DNA of 64,000 nucleotides from Gammaproteobacteria bacterium (GTDB lineage Bacteria; Pseudomonadota; Gammaproteobacteria; SG8-11): NCBI GenBank assembly GCA_031363085.1, contig JANLTU010000196.1, positions 53,585 to 117,584 of the forward strand, read 5' to 3'. Shown piece by piece: positions 57,475 to 64,000 of this stretch (position 1 is its first letter; each line of letters starts with the position of its first letter). The notes under the pieces were generated by a model. It saw only the letters and a program-made list of their open reading frames with translations, ran no database searches and was not told where the DNA came from. The position numbers and the translations under genes were made by a program.

Positions 57475-59733
57475 ATGCGGCCGTCATACCCAAATATCAA
57501 ACGCAAAAAAACCGCGTGCCGATTCCTGCAACGAAATCTGCTGTGCAGTTTTTTCGCGCTGCTGGTCTATGCGCAAATCGCTCCGGCAGTCACAGCCGAA
57601 GCGCCGCAACATCGGCCTAAAATTGGTTTGGCCTTGGGTGGCGGCGGCGCGCGCGGGTTGGCCCATATCGGTGTGCTCAAAGTGCTGGAAGAATTGAACG
57701 TGCCCATCGACTACATCGCCGGCACCAGCTCGGGCGCGGTGATCGGTGGCATGTACGCGGCGGGATTGACACCCGACCAGATTGAAGCGCGCATCGTTGG
57801 CATCGACTGGGACGACATGTTGTCCGACCGGCTTGCGCGCCGCGAGCTTTCCTACCGACGCAAGCAAAACGACCGCAATTATCTCTTTCCGGTGGAGTTA
57901 GGCATGCGTGGTTTCCGGCCGATTTTTCCGCGCGGACTGATCGCCGGGCAGAAGGTCGGATTCTTTTTGCGCTCAGCCACGCTGCGCGCGGCGGGCGTCA
58001 CCGATTTTGATCGCCTCGCGGTGCCGTTTCGGGCGGTGGCCACCGATATTGAAACCGGCGCGCCGGTGGTGCTGGGCAGCGGCGATCTGGCGGCAGCGAT
58101 GCAGGCCAGCATGGCCGTGCCCGGTGTTTTTTCGCCGCTGGAAATCGGTGGCCGGCTGTTGGTGGACGGCGGCATGTCGGCGAACGTGCCGGTGAATACC
58201 GTACGTGCCATGGGCGCGGATATCATCATCGCGGTGAATATTTCTGCACCGCTGCTCAACCGCCAACAATTGGAGTCTATTGTTGACATTTCTGACCAGA
58301 CGCTGTCGCTGCTGTCGCTGAAGACCAATCAACAGCAATTAATGCAACTGCACGGCGACGATATTTTGATCACGCCCGACCTCTCCGCGATCGGCACCAT
58401 GCAATTTGAACGTGGCACGGAAGCCGTCGCCGCCGGCACCACAGCGGCGACGGCGCAAGCGCCGTTGTTGCGTAATCTTAGCGCCGCGCCCAAGGAGTAC
58501 ACCCGTTACCTGCGCCGCCAGCGCACCAAACTGGCAGCGTTGGCGCGCGTGGATTTCATTAATATCGACAAGCCCGAGCGTGTCTCCGAGGAGATCATTG
58601 CCCGGCGCCTGGCAACCACCCCCGGCGGACTATTGGACATCGAGACGCTGGGCGACGATTTGACGCGTATTTATGATCTGGGCGACTTCGAACGCGTGAA
58701 TTTTCGCGTGCTGCACACCGAGGCCGGCGAAGGCTTGCAAATCGAGGCGCAGGAAAAATCCTGGGGGCCGAACTACCTGCGTTTCGGTTTTAATCTGAGC
58801 GACGACTTCGAAGGCGACAACCGTTCTAACATTTTAATCAATTACACCCGCACCTGGGTCAACCCCTTGGGCGGCGAATGGAAAAATGAATTCAGTATCG
58901 GACGCACGCGCAAAGTATTCACGGAATTTTATCAACCTCTGGACCCATTCAGCGTGTGGTTTGTCGCCCCGCATGCGCAATACAATCAGGACACCCGCGA
59001 TGTCTACGACGGCGATAGCCGCGTTGCACAATACGCAACCAAGACCTCCGAGGTCGGCTTCGACACCGGCCTGCAATTGGGTAAACACGGCGAAATCCGC
59101 TTTGGCTTGTTACGCGATTGGGTCAAGGCCGCGCCGCGCGTGGGCGCCACCGGTCTACCGGAATTCAATATTCGCCAGGGCGCGTACACCGCCAGCGTCG
59201 CCTATGACCGTATTGATGACGTGAACTTTCCGCGCAACGGCATCCTGTTGCATAGCCGCCTGTTTATGGCACGCAAGGAACTGGGCGCCGACACCACCTA
59301 CGACAAGATTGACATTAACTGGTTGACCGCCTTCACTTACAACACCCACACCATGTTCGCCAGCGCGGAACTGGGCACTAATCTCAATAACCAACTACCG
59401 TTTTACGACCTGTTTACACTGGGCGGGTTTCAATATTTATCCGGTTACCACACTGCACAACTCAGCGGCAAATATCTGGCTTTCGGTCGTCTGGTGTATT
59501 ACGAACGCGTCGGTCATTTGCCCAAAGCGGCAGGCAACGGCCTGTATTTCGGCGCCTCGTTGGAAGCAGGCAACGTGTGGGACCGGCGTGTGGATGTTGC
59601 GCTCACCGATGTGCGCAAGTCGATCTCGTTGTTTGCCAGCGCCGATACCAGCGTGGGTCCGCTGTATTTTGCCTACGGACTCAGCGACGGCGGCAACTAC
59701 ATGTTTTATTTGTTTCTCGGTCGGACGTTTTAG
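57475..59733 (+). CDS. Patatin-like phospholipase fused to a POTRA/Omp85-type beta-barrel (PlpD-like type Vd autotransporter). The ORF is open from 57406 and the start is uncertain.
   Basis: Patatin oxyanion and nucleophile motifs (GLALGGGGARGLAHIGV…GTSSGAVIGG) and catalytic DGG (LLVDGGMSANVP). C-terminal ~400 aa beta-rich, ending in an aromatic …FLGRTF typical of outer-membrane barrels. Confidence 0.8.
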   Translation: MRPSYPNIKRKKTACRFLQRNLLCSFFALLVYAQIAPAVTAEAPQHRPKIGLALGGGGARGLAHIGVLKVLEELNVPIDYIAGTSSGAVIGGMYAAGLTPDQIEARIVGIDWDDMLSDRLARRELSYRRKQNDRNYLFPVELGMRGFRPIFPRGLIAGQKVGFFLRSATLRAAGVTDFDRLAVPFRAVATDIETGAPVVLGSGDLAAAMQASMAVPGVFSPLEIGGRLLVDGGMSANVPVNTVRAMGADIIIAVNISAPLLNRQQLESIVDISDQTLSLLSLKTNQQQLMQLHGDDILITPDLSAIGTMQFERGTEAVAAGTTAATAQAPLLRNLSAAPKEYTRYLRRQRTKLAALARVDFINIDKPERVSEEIIARRLATTPGGLLDIETLGDDLTRIYDLGDFERVNFRVLHTEAGEGLQIEAQEKSWGPNYLRFGFNLSDDFEGDNRSNILINYTRTWVNPLGGEWKNEFSIGRTRKVFTEFYQPLDPFSVWFVAPHAQYNQDTRDVYDGDSRVAQYATKTSEVGFDTGLQLGKHGEIRFGLLRDWVKAAPRVGATGLPEFNIRQGAYTASVAYDRIDDVNFPRNGILLHSRLFMARKELGADTTYDKIDINWLTAFTYNTHTMFASAELGTNLNNQLPFYDLFTLGGFQYLSGYHTAQLSGKYLAFGRLVYYERVGHLPKAAGNGLYFGASLEAGNVWDRRVDVALTDVRKSISLFASADTSVGPLYFAYGLSDGGNYMFYLFLGRTF

Positions 59734-59863
59734 CGCACCGGCACCACACGCACAAAATCGCCGTGCTGCTGCATCATATTATCCCGGCATTAATTTTTAT
59801 CCGTTTGCGCCGGCGTGTCTTTGCGTTTAGGTTTTTTGCCACACCCTGAAAGGATTAATTTTT

Positions 59864-60946
59864 ATGTCTGATACACCCAAACCGATCCGCGAAATCCGCA
59901 TCAATCCGATTGTGCCAAGCGAGTCGGTGCTGGTCGCGACCGCACGCGGCCTGCGGCCGAAAAAAGCCGAAGCGCCGGCTGCGCGCGACACTCGCCACCA
60001 TGTCGAGACCTGCCCGTTTTGTCGCGGCAACGAACACATGACGCCGCCGCAAATCGTGCGCTATCCCGAGCAACCGGATTGGGCGATCCGCATCGTCGAG
60101 AATTTGTATCCGGTGCTGGGCGACGATCAACAGCAACCGAATTTCTCGTTCGGCCTGCAACACACCATCGACGGCTACGGCCGCCATGAAGTCATCATCG
60201 ACCATCATCAACACGGTATTGCGCTACAAGAAATGAGTGCGGAGCACATCGCATTATTATTCGGCGCCTATCAGGAACGCGTGCAGCAGCTTTACCGCTC
60301 GGACGAACGCATTCGCTACGTGCTGGCCTTCAAAAATTTCGGCGCGGCGGCCGGCGGCAGCATTCCGCATACGCATAGCCAGATCATCGCCACGCCGGTG
60401 GTGCCGGAAAATGTCCAGACCGAGGTGGTCCACAGCCGCGCGTTCTTCGAAAAAAATCACCACTGCATATTTTGCGCGCTGATCGACGAAGCACTCACGT
60501 TCGAAGCCACGCTCTATGCGCGTGAAACCGGCGAAGTGCGCCGCAAAATCAACGTCGGCCAATACGTGGTCGAGCGCGGCAAGAAATTCATCGCCATTAA
60601 ACCGTTCGCCAGCCGCTACGAATGGGAAGTGCACATTCTGCCGCTGCAACACCAAGCCGATTACCTGCGCGCCAGCACCGACGACCTCGCTGACTTCGCG
60701 CGCGTACTGCAACGCACCATGGCCCGCCTCGACGCAGTACTGGGCGGCGCACAGTACAACTATTTTCTGCATTCGCTGCCACACGGCCCTGGCTACGCCG
60801 ACTGCGCCGCCAGCTACCACTGGCACCTGGAAATCTGCCCGCGCACCAGCATCCCCACTGGCTTTGAATTGGGCTCGGGATTATTTGTCAACACCGTGAG
60901 CCCGGAAGACGCTGCGGAGAAGTTGCGGGCGGTGAAGCTTGATTAA
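59864..60946 (+). CDS. GalT-family (HIT-like) nucleotidyltransferase: galactose-1-phosphate uridylyltransferase or an ADP/UDP-glucose phosphorylase-like enzyme.
   Basis: Zn-site CPFCRGNEH. Catalytic HxHxQ (IPHTHSQII). Duplicated HIT-like halves. Confidence 0.7.
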   Translation: MSDTPKPIREIRINPIVPSESVLVATARGLRPKKAEAPAARDTRHHVETCPFCRGNEHMTPPQIVRYPEQPDWAIRIVENLYPVLGDDQQQPNFSFGLQHTIDGYGRHEVIIDHHQHGIALQEMSAEHIALLFGAYQERVQQLYRSDERIRYVLAFKNFGAAAGGSIPHTHSQIIATPVVPENVQTEVVHSRAFFEKNHHCIFCALIDEALTFEATLYARETGEVRRKINVGQYVVERGKKFIAIKPFASRYEWEVHILPLQHQADYLRASTDDLADFARVLQRTMARLDAVLGGAQYNYFLHSLPHGPGYADCAASYHWHLEICPRTSIPTGFELGSGLFVNTVSPEDAAEKLRAVKLD

Positions 60947-60975
60947 GTCGACGAATCACCTAGAGCAGGGAACGG

Positions 60976-61010
60976 CAAAATGCGGCTCAAAGGCGACCTC
61001 CGCATTTTGT
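60976..61010 (+). terminator. Rho-independent terminator-like hairpin after the galT-like gene.
   Basis: caaaatgcgg-ctcaaaggcgacct-ccgcattttg is a 10-bp stem whose 3' arm ends in a TTTT run. Confidence 0.5.
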
Positions 61011-61053
61011 AGGCTGGGTTGATAAACCCAGCGTTCGTGAGATCATTACGGTT

Positions 61054-62121
61054 ATGTCTAGCCATCCTTCCGAAAAATCCCTTGTTCTGGTCGTTGGCGC
61101 TGGAGCGAGTAAAGAGGCCAACCTCCCTGTTGGCGCAGAGTTGAAGCAGCAAATTGCAAGCGCGCTCGATATACGCTACGGCAAAGGAGGAAGAATGCCA
61201 GGTGGCGACAATGTCATCAACGACGCCTTCCATATTCTCGCGGCATCCGCCCCTGGCAGGGGCGGCATTAATCCGTACCTGCACGCAGCATGGCGCATTC
61301 GCGATGCAATGCCTCAAGCGATCTCGATTGACAACTTCATAGACTCACACCGTTCCGATGAGAAGATCGCGTTATGCGGAAAATTGGCCATCGCCCGCAG
61401 CATTCTCGCGGCCGAATCCAATAGCCACCTGCAAATTGCTCGCGGAAACATTAACAACAAGCTGGACTTCTCTGGTCTAGAGACAACTTGGTTCCACACG
61501 TTTTTCCAGCTATTAACTGAGAATTGCCAGCAAGCCGACCTACCTCAAAGACTTTCAAAAGTTGTAATTATTTGCTTCAACTATGATAGATGCATCGAGC
61601 ACTACTTGTATTCTGCCCTTCAAAACTACTATGACTTGAAGCCCGAAGAAGCAGCGGCAGTGTTGTCCAACTTGGAAATACATCATCCATACGGAACCGT
61701 TGGAAAGCTGCCTTGGCAAGATCAAAAGGGAGGGTTTGACTTTGGTGCTACACCCAGCCCAAAGCAATTGCTCGCACTCGCGGGTGAACTTCGAACATTC
61801 ACCGAGGGGATTGACGCTAATACAAGCAACATCTCGGCAATAAGAGGCGCGCTGTCCAACTCCTGCCGAATTGCCTTTCTCGGATTCGCATTCCATCGCC
61901 TAAATATTGAACTTCTCTTCCCCGGCCTTGCCGATGGGGCCAAAGTAAGAGTTTGTCCTGTGTATGCAACAGCGCATGGCATATCGCAGGCCGATCTACA
62001 AATGATCAAACAGGAACTAACCAATAATGGAGGTATACACCCCGAGCATGTCTATCTGCGGAACGACCTAAAGTGCTCGCAGTTAATTCGTGAGTTTTGG
62101 CGGAGCCTGTCACTTCAATGA
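61054..62121 (+). CDS. Stand-alone SIR2_2-family (SIR2-like, putative NAD+-consuming) protein in an AT-richer islet. Candidate anti-phage defence gene.
   Basis: Rossmann start LVLVVGAGASKEANLPVGAEL. ICFNYDRCIEHYL matches the SIR2_2 TTNYD motif. Catalytic-His region EIHHPYGTVG. C-terminal RIAFLGFAFH. My spot counts give roughly 45-50% GC against ~60% or more in flanking genes. No fused effector or partner domain. Confidence 0.6.
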   Translation: MSSHPSEKSLVLVVGAGASKEANLPVGAELKQQIASALDIRYGKGGRMPGGDNVINDAFHILAASAPGRGGINPYLHAAWRIRDAMPQAISIDNFIDSHRSDEKIALCGKLAIARSILAAESNSHLQIARGNINNKLDFSGLETTWFHTFFQLLTENCQQADLPQRLSKVVIICFNYDRCIEHYLYSALQNYYDLKPEEAAAVLSNLEIHHPYGTVGKLPWQDQKGGFDFGATPSPKQLLALAGELRTFTEGIDANTSNISAIRGALSNSCRIAFLGFAFHRLNIELLFPGLADGAKVRVCPVYATAHGISQADLQMIKQELTNNGGIHPEHVYLRNDLKCSQLIREFWRSLSLQ

Positions 62122-62173
62122 ATTCCACACATCGTTTGTCATAATTGAGTGGAGAGGGTCTGCCATTCGGCCG

Positions 62174-62593
62174 TTAAACGCCTCGCTTTTCCTTGCGTAT
62201 TACCAGCTTTAACCCCGACCACACCTCACTCACCGCGCAAACTTTGATGTCGACATAATCCAGCGGCAAGGCGACGGCACGAATCACGTCTTCGGTAACG
62301 TCGGTTGCTACCTTGGCGGCTTTTTTGGGCCACGACACCCAGATGAACCCGGCAGGATCGAGCCGCCGCCGGTAATGCCGTAGCACGCGCGTCAATTCTT
62401 TTTTCTCGGTCACGAACACATGCAGCGCGATAAACGGCGGCGACGCCTCTGCCACCACGTGCGCATTTGCCGGCAACTCACCCAACCACGCCTGCAACTC
62501 CGGCGGTGCGTTGATCACCAGATAGTTCATCCCCGGCTGGATGCCCAGCTTCTTGGGCAAGGGCGTGCCTGAATATCCGGCCGGTACCGTCAC
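62174..62593 (-). CDS. DUF3052-like hypothetical protein.
   Basis: 139-aa conserved-hypothetical-type sequence. Start overlaps the stop of the upstream zinc-ribbon gene. Confidence 0.45.
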   Translation of the reverse strand: MTVPAGYSGTPLPKKLGIQPGMNYLVINAPPELQAWLGELPANAHVVAEASPPFIALHVFVTEKKELTRVLRHYRRRLDPAGFIWVSWPKKAAKVATDVTEDVIRAVALPLDYVDIKVCAVSEVWSGLKLVIRKEKRGV

Positions 62594-62826
62594 GTTTTTA
62601 ATTTTGGATGATCACGCCACGCGGGTAGCGTGCGCATGTAGTCGCGCGTGCGCTGTTCAACGGCGGCGCGTGTCAAGCCCGGCTCCCGGCGCGCCGCCCA
62701 CTGCACCATGCGCTCGAAGCGCTCCTCGAAACTTTGCAAATTGCCTTGCGCATCGACGCAGTACGAACAATAGATTCCGCTCTCAAGCGGCATCCCGCAA
62801 CTTTGACATTGATCGGTTCCACTCAT
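62590..62826 (-). CDS. Small zinc-ribbon protein.
   Basis: CQSCGMPLESGIYCSYC (CxxC…CxxC), 78 aa. Lies in an operon with the MarR gene, with overlapping stop and start. Confidence 0.5.
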   Translation of the reverse strand: MSGTDQCQSCGMPLESGIYCSYCVDAQGNLQSFEERFERMVQWAARREPGLTRAAVEQRTRDYMRTLPAWRDHPKLKT

Positions 62827-63278
62827 AGCTTGCTCCTCTGGGTGTTTATTTCCGCATCGGCGGCTGCGACCAACGCACGCAGTCCTGTGACCAACTCACG
62901 ACGCTCACGCGCGCCCATGCGCTCGATGCAGCGCGCCAACAGTTCCACATCCAGCACCTGACGGCTGCGCTGCAAACTGTCAACACCTGCTGGTGTCATC
63001 CACACCAAGGTACGGCGCCGGTCGCGCGTATCGCGGATGCGCTCCACATGACCATGCGCTTGCAACCGGTCGATCAATTCACTCATGGCCGATTGCGCAC
63101 GCTGAAAATGCCGGGCCGCCTCCGTCACCGTCAGCGGCCCAGACAACTCCAGATGCGTGAGCACCGCCACCGCTTCAGCCGTGGGTCGCTGCTCATCTTT
63201 CTGCCAGCGCGCATGCAGCCGCAAGTAGATCGCGGGATACAGCGTCGCCAGTTCTTGCGCCAACGTGGTGTGTTTCAC
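62823..63278 (-). CDS. MarR-family transcriptional regulator.
   Basis: Winged-helix region LTHLELSGPLTVTEAARHFQRAQSAMSELIDRLQAHGHVERIRDTRDRRRTLVWMTPAG. Confidence 0.85.
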   Translation of the reverse strand: MKHTTLAQELATLYPAIYLRLHARWQKDEQRPTAEAVAVLTHLELSGPLTVTEAARHFQRAQSAMSELIDRLQAHGHVERIRDTRDRRRTLVWMTPAGVDSLQRSRQVLDVELLARCIERMGARERRELVTGLRALVAAADAEINTQRSKL

Positions 63279-63362
63279 GCAAACAGTCTAACGATAAAAA
63301 TCGTATCGTAAATCCCGATGTATTCCCGTTCAGTCAATAAGCGGCGCGCCTCCCACTAACCA

Positions 63363-63797
63363 CTAATTTTTCCATGTCACCTTTTGATCCACGGCTACAC
63401 CGTCTTCAATCGTTCCTTTGGGCAGTGAATTCGCTTTGGCCTGAATGACAACGTAGTACAAATCCTGATCAGAATTATTCCGCCACGCGCGCACGCCCTC
63501 CGGCGCAACCCGGATGGCCGTGCCCTCTTTGACGTCGATCACTTGCCCGTCGATTTGAAACTGACCCCGGCCTTTCAGGAACAAGTACACCTCCTCGTGT
63601 TCGCGATGCTGGTGAGAAAACGGCATGGCTGCACCGGGAGGAAATTTATTGAACGAGACTTCCATGCCGGTCAACGCCAAATCGTCTTTTAAAAATTTCT
63701 TACCCTTGACCGCCGACGGCAACACCTTGGTGCTGAATGCATATTGGTCGATGTTTTCCAGCGCTCCAATTTCAAAAACGGAATGATTTTTTTTCAT
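63363..63797 (-). CDS. Cupin-domain protein.
   Basis: Cupin motifs HQHREHEEVYLFLKGRG … GTAIRVAPEGVRAWRN. Confidence 0.75.
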   Translation of the reverse strand: MKKNHSVFEIGALENIDQYAFSTKVLPSAVKGKKFLKDDLALTGMEVSFNKFPPGAAMPFSHQHREHEEVYLFLKGRGQFQIDGQVIDVKEGTAIRVAPEGVRAWRNNSDQDLYYVVIQAKANSLPKGTIEDGVAVDQKVTWKN

Positions 63798-64000
63798 ACA
63801 CGGCTCCTGTCTGAATAATTTGATGTCCGGCGGTGCCGGAATTGTTAGAACCTGCGCGCTTTAATTTGGCGCTCAGGCTTGATTAACGATGCTATTTGAA
63901 TTCAATATATGTTCAACAACATATTCAGGAGCACATCACCTTGCCGTATTCAGCCAAGCATAAACAAAACAGCAAGGAACAAATTTTACGCAGCGCGATG

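Overview
This 64-kb window is high-GC chromosomal DNA (about 60-65% GC by eye) from a proteobacterium, probably a beta- or gammaproteobacterium. Supporting content: FimV-domain and PilZ proteins, PEP-CTERM sorting, an H+-pyrophosphatase, and a GldA/F/G-like ABC system. Housekeeping genes are recognisable: valS (3' part), msrA, prmB, hppA, a TrhO-like rhodanese, an RluA-family pseudouridine synthase and MoaD. They are interleaved with an unusually dense set of accessory genes. (a) A compact chemosensory-like operon at 1861-8090 centred on a membrane-anchored CheA-type kinase. The kinase carries an MCP-like sensor, HAMP, GAF and Hpt domains and has no CheW/P5 module. With it are a single-domain CheY, two CheC/CheX-like proteins that end in a shared C-terminal '...ELELF' tail, and a mini-MCP. 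I consider this the best candidate for an undescribed signalling system. (b) Several giant repetitive surface or secreted proteins: an M4 protease with Calx-beta-like repeats, an Ig/FN3 lipoprotein, a PD40 propeller lipoprotein, and an FN3x13-LRR protein next to a PlpD-like patatin autotransporter. (c) A lipase-like alpha/beta hydrolase (THSQGS elbow) translationally coupled to a lipoprotein, a possible Tle/Tli-like toxin-immunity pair. The upstream ORF conflicts with it in frame. (d) An AT-richer single-gene islet encoding a stand-alone SIR2_2-family protein, a candidate NAD-depleting defence gene. (e) Scars of past rearrangement: a frameshifted yafQ-type toxin remnant beside a duplicated 3' fragment of prmB, a frameshifted and truncated RCC1/Ig-like gene, and REP-like hairpin repeats with compensatory stem changes. 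Most long ORFs antisense to these genes are GC-driven artefacts and were rejected. No rRNA, tRNA or CRISPR was recognised.
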